Assembly (NCBI GenBank): GCA_951406725.2 | Contig: OX597822.1 | Location: forward strand, 17,794,001 to 17,858,000 | Length of the DNA: 64,000 nucleotides | Source of the DNA: Octopus vulgaris | Lineage: Eukaryota | Direction of reading: 5' to 3' | Shown here: one piece after another, positions 49,144-61,692 of the stretch | Layout of the letters: each line of letters begins with the position of its first letter | How positions within the stretch are numbered: the stretch's first letter is position 1 | Position numbers and translations under genes: made by a program | Notes under the pieces: generated by a model | Seen by the model: only the letters and a program-made list of their open reading frames with translations | Told to the model about the DNA's origin: nothing | The model's database searches: none

Positions 49144-50054
49144 ACATACACTTTATTCATGTTTGCATGCGCTGGATGAAGTTTGTTGAGGCAGATTTTC
49201 TCCAGCTGGATTCCTTTCCTATCATTAATCCTCACCTGTTTCCAAGCAATGTAATGTTTCATATGACCAGATATATTTCCATGAGAGATTGAACACAAAT
49301 AACTCTTTCTACTAGGTGCACACGACCTGAAATTTTGTGGGGAGGGGCTTGTCAATTTCAGTGACCCCCCCCCCCCTCTATGTAACTGGCACCTATTTTA
49401 TCAACTCCAAAAGGATGTAAGGCAAAGTCCACCTTGACAGAATTTGTACCCATTTCTATGGCAGTGGCACTCACTCACATGACACATTTCTAGGAGGGAG
49501 AGTGTTATAGTACAGCGCATTGATCTTATTACATGACTGGTACTTATCGACCCTGGACAGATGACAAGGTCTTGGCTTTAGTGGAATTTGAACTAGCAGT
49601 GTACAGGAACTTACCAAAATTCTGTAAAGCATTCCAAACTGGTGCTCAAATTTTTCTTTTCCCCCCCCCCTCACTATTAATAAACATGGCATGGTCATAT
49701 GGCTACGATGAGTTGATGCTGCCATTGAATGGTTGGTTATTAAGCTTATGCATTACCATTTCCTTTGTAAGCTGCAATAAAACCTCATATTGATGATAAA
49801 ATTTACTTCAAATATATTTCATATGTGTATTCTGATTTGACGTACCTATCTTAGACTTCCATTTTTAATATTAGATTAGATGAGGATGATACAGTGAATT
49901 TGCAAGTAGCTGGATGGGATAATGATAAAAATGCTGATCTAATTAGGTGAAACCTGGATCTAATGATCATAAATATGATGATACACTTGATACAATTAGA
50001 TAAATGCTACTAATTAAATGATGATGATGATGATGATGATGATATAGTTAAGTA

Positions 50055-50889
50055 TGGGGCGCGATGGGTAAAATGTCACCATTTTATATTTTTGATTTCG
50101 TGCATTAGCATTGTTTTTAATTTTGTCAACTACACAGTATAGTAGGGTCAGTTGGGCACCATCTGTGAGAATAACATGCAATTGACTATGCTAGAAATTT
50201 GGAAATGACATCCTGTATTGCTTGGCATTCATGCCACAACCTCCAATACAACATGTTTGGGTGTCAATCTGAGGACAGCAATCTGAGATGTACTGAGGGT
50301 GATAAAAATCAAACATCCAGTCAACATCTTGGTGTTTGGAATGATCACTAGAGTGATGGTGATGTTATACCACCAGTCATCTTTCGACACAGCTTCAGTC
50401 TCAATACGGAGGCCTACATGAAGTGTCTGGAGGAGGTAGTGCTGCTCTGAGTCCAGAAGGTGGCTGCTGGAAGACTCTATGTCTGGCAACGGGACTCTGC
50501 ACCATGCCACACAAGCAGGAGAACCCAGTCATGGCTGTCAGACAATTTTTGCGACCACATCACTCCCAACGTCTGGCCACCTAACTCACCCTTGATTATT
50601 ATGTGTGGGGCACAGTTGAGCAAGTGACCAACAAAACTCTTTGTAACACCAAAGATGAACTGAAGGCAAGGATTATGGCAGAATTCACCAACTTAAACAA
50701 GAGACCATCCAGAAGAGTTGCAGGAGATTCCAAAGTTCCTGGAGGCCATGGTCGAAGCCAATGGCGATTTTATTGAATAAATTTAGCGTTTAGTATTTCA
50801 AGTTATTTTTATGTAACTTTGGTAAATATATTTGTTAAAATGAGATGTCCGTGCTACTTTCATTTTTGTGTAATTTAAACGTCACCCTG
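50055..50889 (+). mobile_element. Tc1/mariner DD37D deletion derivative, second copy
   Basis: Homologous to 36986-37818 over its whole length; RDSAPCHTSRRTQSWLSDNF..WPPNS; ends caccctg|TA. Confidence 0.85.
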
Positions 50890-53084
50890 TAATTGCCAAT
50901 AATTAAGTTACATAACTTTTCTGATTCATTACTTAATTGGCTCAGCCTCTTTGGCATCAGACAGCAAGCATTGCACCATCCATTCTGGCTTTCTATATTT
51001 CTGACTACAAATCTTTGTGTGCTCATTCTTTACCTCTTCAGAGCCAATGGATAAAGTACCAGTTTTGGACTAGGGTTGGTTCTCCTGTCTATCTGTTTCT
51101 CTCTAAGAAAAAGAAAAAGATATATATAGAGAGAGATGGTTTCTGCTTGGTTTAAAAGTGTCCAAGACATGCTGTATGTCATGATGGCATCCCAGCAACC
51201 ACATCATGACCTGAGAGGTCAAGAGGAGAAAGAAGAGCTTCCTCATATGTAGATAATCTTTAAATTGCAATTAACTCAGATCTATTCCCCCACCCCACCA
51301 CCGCCCACCATTCTGTTCCACTAACACTGTAAAATCGACATATTTCTTAAATGAATAGATTTATTCTGATCTTTTTCATTGCTCCATTAGGATATAATTG
51401 AACTTAACAATTCCTATCTGTTTGCATCAGCCTCTCTCTCTCCACCACCACCACCCCATCTTCCCTTCCTACTTATATTCATAATCATTTCAATTTGGGC
51501 TGGTAATTTTACACAGACTTCACTTTGAGAAAGATGTCTGGTTATTTTAGCTCCATCTACAGTATCAGCTAAAGATTTTCAAAATCTAGAACGTAATTCT
51601 TTCGCCCCACTTTGAAGTTTTGTAGAAGGAACTGGTACTCCAGCCTGAACTATATTCCTTCCATACTGACTGCTCTAGAAAAGAGAAAACTGATTGAATC
51701 TTGAAAATAGTAAGGTAGAGGAATAATGCGTTTTCAGATTATTTGATTGTTTTAAGAGTTAGTCAAACTGCAATGTAGGAATTCTAATAATAATGATGAT
51801 GTGAATACCAAATTTAAATCTTCAAATGCTGATTTCAAACGACGACAACAACAACAACAACAATAATAATAATAATGATAATAATAATAATAATAACAAT
51901 GATCATGAAACAAAATATCAAGTGTTACAAAATAACAAGAATAATCAAAAATATTCTGACAATCTAATTTGTATGATAAAAGGATTTCATATAAATTCAA
52001 CAATGTTCAACTGCACTATTTTTCATTCAATATAGAATCCAGAAAATTGATCTATAAATATCTGTCTTGTGCTTGCCTCTGCTATCTCTCTCCTACAACC
52101 CCTTCCCTTTCTCTCTCTCTCTCTCTCTGCCACTCTATCACTTTCTCTTTATCTTTCTCTATGTATCTCACTTTCTACTTTCATCTTTCTTATCTCTGTA
52201 TTCCCTTACTTTTCTTCAGCTCTAATGAAGTTAAATGAACTATTATAGTATCTCTGAATCTATTGTTAAAATGTATTATACTCAGAGATGTGTGTCCTAT
52301 TTTTATTTTTGCTTATATGTACATACGTACGTATGTATGTATGTACGTCTCACTCGTTATCTACAAGTTGAATATTTTCTATGGAAGTCAGGATATCAGG
52401 ATATCTCAATAAATAGGTTAAACTTAAAAGATGTTCTTTTTTTTTACTTTCTATCTCAATGTATATATATATATATTTGCACATGATACATGCATATATA
52501 CATGCACACATATGCACATTCATTCATGCATGCATAAATATATATATACATTCACAAACACAGACACGCACACACATACTTGCCTTTCAGGGAAAAGTAT
52601 TAGTGGGAATACATTTAAAAAAATGTTTTTAGGGGTTAAATTCATGTTATCTTTTCTAACAACTGAAAGCAATGGCAATTTTTTAAAGATAAATGTTTTA
52701 TCATATCTTCAGTTTTGTGCTGTGATATTTATTTCATTTTTTTTCCTCTTGTTTTTGTTTTAATTTTTGTTTTTCTTCTGTGTTTTTCACTGGTTATTAT
52801 TGATTCACTGTTTGTTGTTTTGTTAGAATCAATTATAGATTTTATTTCTATAGCCTTTTTTTGTTATTTTCAGTCTATTTTTTCTATTCTTTGTTTGTTC
52901 ATTCTTTCTCTCTTTATTATTTCAATGATAGCATAAAGATGTACATATTTGCATATGTCTCCATGTGTGTGTGTGAATATAGATAGATGTAGGTATAGCT
53001 CTGTGCTTAAGATGTTTGTTTGCTAACCACATGATTGTTAGCAGGTGTCTTCTACTATAGCCCCAGGCTGACTAAAGCCTATTA

Positions 53085-53134
<50 letters not shown>

Positions 53135-53292
53135 TGTTTGTGTATGTGTACATGAGTGTATTTGTTTGTTTGTGACTCCTTGTCTTGGTTTACTGTGAAT
53201 GAATATCATTTATTTCTCATGTTGTGTGAAAGCAAGTCTGGTCACGGGGAGAGATTACTTTGCTTGGGAAAAGTTCTGAATGAGAGGTCTTG

Positions 53293-53347
53293 CATCATCC
53301 TTCTGGCTGAACCGAAGCTGATGAGACCCAGCTTGGTTGAGATCATG
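53293..53347 (+). ncRNA. Type III hammerhead-like motif (decayed)
   Basis: CATCA-TC-CTTC(T)GG(CTGAA)CCGAAG-CTGATGA-GACC(CAGCTT)GGTT-GAGA-TCATG. Confidence 0.55.
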
Positions 53348-53635
53348 ACACCCTGGTTGTTAGACTCACATCCTCTCTTGGAATTGTAGCCTAAAACTTA
53401 TTTTAGAGCAAGCTGCAACCCTCAAACCATTCATGTCTTTTGCATCCCTTTTTATGTCCTTCTGCTATGGCACACACAATCATGTCACAATTATATATAA
53501 ACACAACAGCAATTGATTAGCAGAGCATAATTTTGTTTTTATTACTAACTCGGTTAATTTGTTTCTTTCTTTCTCTCCATCCCTCCTTCTTACAATATCA
53601 ATTTATTCTTCTCTTCATTTAACCTGGTTTATTAG

Positions 53636-53734
53636 GATGAGCCTTATTGTGAGGCTCAGTATGAGGGGAAACATTTCCCATGCTCAGAGTCTATAAAGAA
53701 GGAGACCACCATTACATGCTCAGTGCTGTGTCAG
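53636..53734 (+). CDS. Candidate 99-nt internal exon of an unidentified host gene (DEPYCEAQYEGKHFPCSESIKKETTITCSVLCQ)
   Basis: TACTAAC at 53543-53549, an AG-free pyrimidine tract, tag| acceptor and CAG|gtaatt donor; only the phase-0 frame is open. Confidence 0.45.
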
Positions 53735-54580
53735 GTAATTTTATTCTTCACAACTTCCTTCTGTTGAATATTTGCAAAGGAGCAATAAAAGGTCCCTATA
53801 TCTGTGTCCAACACATTCAAGTGCCTGTGTATTTGATGGAACATATCATCACTGACATCATCATGATTGTCATTATTTAAATCTGTTTTCCATGTAGTCA
53901 AGGGATAGATGGTTTGAGAAGGAGCTGGCAAGCTTGGAGAGCTGCACCAGGCTCCAATTGTCTGCTTTGTTATGGTTTCTCTGGTTGGATGCCCTTCCTG
54001 ATGCCAACCATTTACAGAGTGTACTGTGCTTTTATATGGCACCAGCAAGGGAACTTTCTACATGGGCCCAGCACAGGTGCTTCCTATGTGTTTGATTGTA
54101 CATATTGTAATATTCCGGTGGAGAGTTAAGGATATATTTACTTGTGGCCCTTTGTGGGATTTGAAAACTGTTTCATTCTGATCTAACAGTGGGGTTTCAG
54201 TGTAACAACATGCTGGGTAATTTATTGACAAGTTTAGGGCTTTATTAAGGCTCCATGACACATCCTTCCAAAGCAGTGTTTGTTAAGGGGAAGCACATCC
54301 ACCACCACCAGTGAGGTGCAGCAGTTTTTCTGAGGCGTTGGGTTACTTCTGCCTGGGGTAACGATCATCAGTGGATAAATCACTTTTCAATCTAAATATA
54401 TGCTATTTACTGATTTTCATGGTGGGACATGTATCTTTGATGAAAATTTAAAACGGACTGTGAGATAAAAATGTCTGAACATATTTTTACAAAAAATTTT
54501 GTGTCTATGTGTGTATTCATTTTATTTTTTTATGTGTGTTTGCATGTTTGGACATGTATTTATTTCTCTGTATATCGTTC

Positions 54581-54870
54581 ATCTTTTACTTGTTTCACTC
54601 ATTGGACTGTGTGACCAGGCTGGAGCACCACCTTCAAGGGTGTTGTTAAACAAATTATTCTAGCAGTATCTTTTGCTGAAATGTTTAGTTATCAGGATGT
54701 AAACAAACCATCCACACACATATATACACCAAGCTTCTGCACAGTTTCCATATAGCAAATTCTCTCACAAAGCATTGGTCAGCCCGGAGCTGTAGAAGAC
54801 AGTTGTCCAAGATGCTGTGCATTGAGATTGAACCCAAGACCATATGATTGCATGCAAACTTCTAAATCCT
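54581..54870 (-). mobile_element. tRNA-derived SINE
   Basis: Same tail and head motifs as 55441-55810. Confidence 0.6.
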
Positions 54871-55440
54871 GTGTTTATTTGTTCACATTTTACTCATCTG
54901 TCCAGCATGGTTATCCATTGGCCTTAGGATGTCCAGCCTGGTAGTGATGCCTGAACTGCAGATGCTAATAGAGAAAAACCCATTAAGGACCTGATGGGGG
55001 CAAGTGAAACTGAAGAACAAACATCTTCAGTGAGTGACAAGAATAAAATAAGTGCTGGGAGGCTGGATTTTGTTTCAGTTGCTTTTGGTTTGGTATGGCA
55101 TTTATTTGGATAACAAATGGGAAATATGTAAAAAGAGCATGCTATGGCGTTGACCAAAAGGAATCCAGACATTTCCTGGTAGCATCAGTGTTGCTCAGCT
55201 TATTTAGTAGAAATGATGTTGAAGGAAGTTGTTGGAATTCTTGTGACTTCCAGTCGACAGTTGATGGAGCTGAATATCCCACAGTGCAACCTATTCATAA
55301 ACTAACACTGCCATGGCTTTCAACAACAAAAGCAATTATTCTTGTTTCAACAAGATTAGCTGACCATAATCTCTTCCAACTTCAAAAATAAGTTAGGGGG
55401 AAAAAGTCAGTTACCCACGTCTTTAAACAATGTGCAAATA

Positions 55441-55810
55441 TCTTTTACTTGTTTCACTCATTGAACTGCAGCCTTGCTACAGTTCTGCCTTCGGTGGATG
55501 AAGCAAAGAAATCAATTCCGGTATTTATTTTCTGTCTGGTACTTATTCTGTTGCTCTCTTTTACCAAACTGTAAAGTTGCAGGGATGTTAACAAACCAGC
55601 ACTGGTACTTAAGTATGGTGGAGGACAAACACACATACACGATGGGCTTCCACACAGTTTCTGTCTACCAAATTTACTCCCAAGGTGTCGATTAATGTGT
55701 GGGGGTGGTGGTATAGTAGAAAACCCTTGCCCAGAAGTCTTACACACTGGGACTGAAACTGAAACCATGTGCCTGCAAATCAAGCTTCTTAACCCCACGG
55801 CTGTGCTTGT
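55441..55810 (-). mobile_element. tRNA-derived SINE, near full length
   Basis: Head with ggttaagaagctt..ggtttcagtttcagtccc (A/B-box-like); tail gtgaaacaagtaaaaga. Confidence 0.7.
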
Positions 55811-56177
55811 AGCTCTGTATGTGTAGAAGTTATTCGATTGTAGCCTGGCACAGAAATCAAGGGGTAAAAATGGGATGAAGATTTCAGAAATTGTCACAAA
55901 GTATGAAAATAAGAATTATCAAGAATATAATATTTGGAAGAGTGTTATTTAATGAGATTTCATTGGCAGTCAAGTGAAAATGTTGAGCTTCTCTCTTAAC
56001 GATTAATTTCTCAATGGCTAAACTGATTACCTGTTTAAATTGCTAAATATAGTCAAGATTTTGGAGTTGGGTTTAGTAAAATATAATTACATACTAATAA
56101 ATCATGTTGGTGTTGTCCAATGGAAATTGCATTCTATAGTTCATGTTGTGAGATTTTGATGAAGCTGGTATTAATTG

Positions 56178-56790
56178 CAAGCACCAGATGTGGTATGCAA
56201 GAGAGACAACTGTGCTGGTATGGTTATGTATTGTGTATGGATGAGGACAAGTGTGTGAAAAAGTGTCACATGCTAACAGTGGAGGGAACCTGTGGAAGAT
56301 GTAGACCCAAGAAGACCTGGGATGAGGTGGTGAAGCATGACCTTCAAACGTTGGGCCACATGGAGGTGATGGCAAGTGACCAACCTTTGGAGATATGCTG
56401 TGCTTGAGAAGACTTGGCAAACCAAGTGAGACCATAGCTGTGGCCTATACCAGTGCCGCATAACCGGCTCATTTAAGGGTACCTTTCAATCAATGGGCAG
56501 TAAACTGTGCTTGTGAAGACCTCTCGAGTCAAGTGAAATCATTGTCATTGCCAATGCCAGTACCACCTGACTAGTACCCATGCCTGTGGCACATAAAAAG
56601 TATCATTTGAGTGTGGTCAATACCAGTCCCACAAGACAGGCCTCCATGCTGGTGGCATGTAAAAAACTGCCTGACTGGCTCCTGTGTTGGTGGTATGTAA
56701 AAAGCACCATTCAAGTGTAGTCATTGCCAGTGCTGCCTGACTGGCTTCCATGCCAGTGGCACATAGAAAGCACCATTTGAGCATGGTCTT
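56178..56790 (+). mobile_element. RTE LINE fragment
   Basis: MQERQLCWYGYV..VEGTCGRCRPKKTWDEVVKHDL. Confidence 0.85.
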
Positions 56791-56857
56791 TTAAAGCAGA
56801 ATTGTATTAAATTATTGACATTTTAAGGCTAAAATATGTACATAAAAGTAGTAAGAT

Positions 56858-57162
56858 AATAAATGAAATGAGGAAAACTAACGATCAAGAGATGAAAGTT
56901 GAGAAACCTTTATATATTTCAGGCATAAAGACCATCTTTAGAAGAGGACAGTCAAAGAAATGTGACCTCATTTTAGTCTATGAACACAGGCACTGGACTA
57001 AAATGAGGTCACTGCCCATCCAGCTATCCAAATGACAGGATCTATGTAGACACACATTTTTTTTACTGTTCTTTTCTGAAGATGGGCCATTGCACCCAAA
57101 ATATTAATGTTTTTTCAAATTTCATCCCTGCATTGCTGGAAGCTTTCCTCATTTCAGTTATT
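56858..57162. repeat. Decayed ~300-bp palindrome with an internal perfect 17-bp hairpin
   Basis: aaatgaggaaa/tttcctcattt outer arms; gtgacctcattttagtc (56962-56978) pairs with gactaaaatgaggtcac (56996-57012). Confidence 0.7.
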
Positions 57163-57587
57163 CTTCTTCTTCTGCATTACAATGCTTCAAGCAAACTACA
57201 ATGTTCTCCTTTCATATACAGAGCATCTTTTCTTTTAAGTATTTATTTGTTCTAAAGTATGCAACAGTAAAGGCACCATTAACCTAAGGGAATCTAGCGA
57301 CCTTGCCAGCTGTAATAGAATATCATTACCACTAAATCATTTATAGAATCACATATGGCTTAGCTAGAATGGTACCAGCTCTCTGACTGACCGACTTAGG
57401 CTTCTTGTTCCATCACTGTCAACAGAAGAATCAGTGAGCAATCTCATCTAATTGTAGTTCATACCTGGCAGTTGCTTAATCCACAGGGATAACCAGTAAT
57501 AACATAGTAACAGCAACAGTGAAGTCTTTAGATCTTATACAAAGCTGAGCTGAAAATCTTTGTGCTTACAGCTTTTGATCTTTTGAT

Positions 57588-57917
57588 CTTTTACGGGTTT
57601 CGGTCATTCGACTACAGCCAACAGTGTGATGCCCTAGCAAATTGACTTCAGTAGTTAGTTTTTAAGGTGATACTTCTTCTATTAGCTTCTTTTACTGTAC
57701 TGCTAAATCACAGGGATGTAAGCAAACCAGCAATGGTTATAAAACAGTAGGAGGCAAGCCAAAGACATATGAACATACAGTTTCCACCAACCATATTTAC
57801 TCACAGGCAGTGGTTAGGCTGGGGCTATAGTAGAAGATGCCCCAATGTGCCACACTGTGGGACTGAACCCAAAACCAAATGATTGCAGTGTGAACTTCTT
57901 AAGCAGACAGCCATGCA
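57588..57917 (-). mobile_element. tRNA-derived SINE
   Basis: Motifs shared with 55441-55810. Confidence 0.6.
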
Positions 57918-58791
57918 CCCCCCTTACTCCTCGCACTTGTAGAGGTATTCTTCTGAAATCCACGAGATCGATCTTTCTTTAATGATTGCATCTGATTAAG
58001 ATGTGAAGCAATTAATTCCATTTATCATGTCATCCTCGTCATCAGTTGTTCGGTTCCTGTTCTTTTATGGTGGCCCATGTTGAATGGATTTCCTATTCTG
58101 CATATCACCACTCATTTTAATCCTTTTTTGTTTAGGGATCTCATCTCTCAGGGTTGCTATGCTGTGTTCTGACTGATATGAAAATTTGGTTACCATTTCA
58201 ATTCATTTCCTTTCAATTCAATTCTATTTATTGTAATTGCATAATGGCACAATGAAAAGTCACTCTGGAGATAAAAATTGAATCTGAGAAGCCCTTTTCA
58301 AAGACAGAAACAGAATCCATCTGTTTTATTGTTTCTTTATTCTATATTTTTATTTCAGTGATGTATTTGCTTGAGAAAAAGAAAGTTTGTAATTAAATGA
58401 TAAATGAAAATTTTCTTTTAGCGAGAAGAACTCTGCATTTCTTTTTGCTTTTGTTTTTTTAGTCTTAAGTGAAAATTATCACAATTGCTTCATTTAAAAA
58501 TTAATTAGATAAATTACTTTGAATTGGAAGAATTATTTGATTTCATTAACAAATGGTTCCTGCATCTGTTTTGCAGCATCAGTGTTGATGCTGTTTGATC
58601 AGTGAGATCCTACTTACACGTTGCATTGTTGTGTTGATGGTTGAATATTTCACTGATACTTGTATTGTTAACAGGATCCATTGCCACAAGTAGTATGGCA
58701 GGGTACAATAACACTATACATACATGGACACACATACATACATATATGCACACACACACACACATACATATATATACATGTATGTGTGTGT

Positions 58792-58837
<46 letters not shown>

Positions 58838-60656
58838 TACACATAAGAAGGCAATGGACACACAAAAAAGATAACATGGGAGACAAATTTTAATGAGTGT
58901 TGTATTAGCTCAACACTTAAGTCAGGAAAGACCACTGATGTTTTGGACAAAACTCTTTCATCAGAAGAAAGATAGGAAAGAAAAGAAAAAATAAAAGAGA
59001 TAACTGAATGAGAAAAGGTGTTATATGTTTATGGCTGAGTCTAGCCAAGTGTAATTTTGAGTTTAAAATGGAAGGAAAGGTTTGTGATACTAGCAGAACC
59101 TTCTCCCATTATAATTATTTTCTGTCTTAAGGATCTGGAATGGCGAAAGGAGAATCTCATGAGCAGAGGCAATTCAATAATCGTTTATTATGATTCCTGA
59201 TCTTGTGATGGCCTGTGATATCTTTGTTCACATGAGGTACATTACCTCTGGAGAATAACATACGTGGTAAGAGCGGGTTAGAGTCTGCTGTAGCTACCTG
59301 CTTCATAGTGTCCCTCTGCGTAAGCGAGCTGGAGAAGACTAAGAGGTTGAACGTCTTTCACACCTGCTTAAGTAATGTGCTGGTGTATCTCAGACAGAAA
59401 TGGTCTAGTATAGAAAGACACCAGGGTAATGCTGTTAGTCTAATGATCAGCACTGTTGAAGCTTTTTCAGAAAACGTACACAGTTCCAGGCGAAAATGTA
59501 CCAAAATTCACAAAATATACAAAATATTTTTGAAATATGACGCAACCACAAAAATAGAGAAAAATACCAGTTTTCCTTAGAAATTTGAAATATATGGGTT
59601 TATATGTCTTGAAATTGATGAAAGTCCATATAAAAAAGAAAGAATATTGAAATTTAAAATCTCTAAAACATACTATACAGTTGATGTTTTGGTAAAAACA
59701 TACAAAACAGTACAAACTTACCAACTTCAGCAGCACTGCTAATGAGTCCTCCGGGTGATTTTTACACATGATTAATTTAAATACAAGGAAGTCAATTTGT
59801 AGACAAAACTTAGAAACCCCATTTGACCATATAAACCTCAAGAAGAAAACAGCTTGAGTGAAAAAAGTGAAGCCACTTTAGGATAGCTTTTTCTAACACA
59901 TGACCGTTCAGTGGTGTGGTTGAAATTTCATTGGTTTGTAATAAAGACTCAGCAGCTGTATGTGGCCCGTAACAGTCATACGTATGCAAGCATGACTGCA
60001 CGGACAATGTTTTGCGATAGAGGGAAATAGACGGAGTGCAAAAAAATAAAAATAAGTAATGTAGGGAGAACGTACAAATACTGCAAAGCCAAAGATATTT
60101 ATGCTCGACAAAATTGCAATAGACTGAAGTCAATTTTTAGGCAGATGTGGCAAAACTGAATTTAAACACACTGGGTGAACAGAAATGAAAAATAACTGAA
60201 TTATTTTTCAGAGAGAATGTACAAAAACTGTAACAAAGGAGATTTTCATACACGACTAATATACATGGAAGTCAAATTGTAGAGAGAAGTTAGTGTGTGA
60301 GTGAGTTAAAGAGAGGGAGAGAGAGAGAGAGACATAGACTAAAAGAGAGGAACCATTGCAGAGGGTGAGAAAGAACTTGTGTCAGCAAGAGAAACTGAGA
60401 ATGAGAAAAAGAGAGAGAAGAAAGAAATAAACAGAGAGAGAAAAGGGAGAGAATCAGTTGAAAACTGCAGACATTTTTCGAGAAAAATTTGTGTAAAACA
60501 TTGGTTTTCCCAGTTTCTCCTTTTACACAGGAGTTCTGGGAAAAATATTATAGTGCATGACCAAGCTTGGTACATAAGTAATGGGTGTGTAAAGTTTGGT
60601 GAAAATCAGTTGAAAACTGTAGAAATGCAAACGACACACACAGACATCCTTTATTT

Positions 60657-60696
<40 letters not shown>

Positions 60697-60711
60697 TATT
60701 ATTATTATGTA

Positions 60712-60743
<32 letters not shown>

Positions 60744-61329
60744 GATGTATGTTTGGGATATGCGTGTTTGTTTCCCCCTTGTCCTGATACAAATGTTCTG
60801 ATTATAAACAAAAGTTAACAGTGTCATTTGTTTGCTGTCCTCCACAAAAACATGTCCAGCCATTGAGTTGATTGTTATTCAATGATGTGTGAGAAATGTT
60901 ACTTTACTCTGAAATGAATTTTGGCAATAAGAAGAGCAACCATTCAGAGCGGCCTGTATATGGTTGCTAATCCTACTAGAAATAGCAGTCATATCTTTGC
61001 AAAATTGCACCCTTTATTTGTAACAATAAATGGATATCCTGAATAATATCCTAGTCACACCTGATTGATTGGGTCACAGATTTAAGAGCTATGTCTGAAG
61101 GTCATCAAATTGGTTTACAATGCCAGAAAAAGGATGACAAGTGATGAGGATTAATTGGCAATGCAGCCCCAGCATAGCGGCACCAACATAAACCATTTGT
61201 TGCTCTCCTGGAACTCATACACAATATTGTTGTTATTTCTCTATAATGAAACATGTTCTATCAGTCTATAAGTATTACTTTAACAAAGCACTTCCAAAAA
61301 GAAATGGCTTCTAACTGCTGCTGCTGTGT

Positions 61330-61692
61330 TATTCTTCTTCTTCTTCTCCTTCTCCTTCTTCTTCTTCCTTCTCCCCTCCTCCTCCTCCTCCACTACCGCC
61401 GCCGACACCACCACCTCCTCCTCCTTCTCCTTCTCCTTCTTCTCCTTTTTCTCCTCCTCCTCCTCCTCCTTCTCATTCTTCTTCTTCTTCCTTTTCTCCT
61501 CCTCCTCCACTGCCGCCACCACCACCACCTCCTCCTCCTTCTCATTCTTCTTCTTCTTCTTCTTCTTCTTCTTTACATTCTTCTCCTCCATTCCTTCCCC
61601 TTGACCTTCTTCTTTACCTTCTTCACCTCCTCCTCCCCTTCCACCACTTTCTTTACCTTCTCCCTCATCTCTCCTCCTTCTCCTCCTTCCCT
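61330..61692. repeat. Pyrimidine-rich (TTC/TCC) low-complexity tract
   Basis: Direct reading. Confidence 0.92.

Noticed and set aside
48591-49355. Asp/Glu-rich or Met/Arg-rich ORFs
   Set aside because: Trinucleotide low-complexity sequence with no splice or homology support.
59090-60662. Possible old Helitron (ctag at ~59092, Helitron-like 5' region at ~60540-60662)
   Set aside because: No clear 3' hairpin or TC end, so the boundaries cannot be supported.
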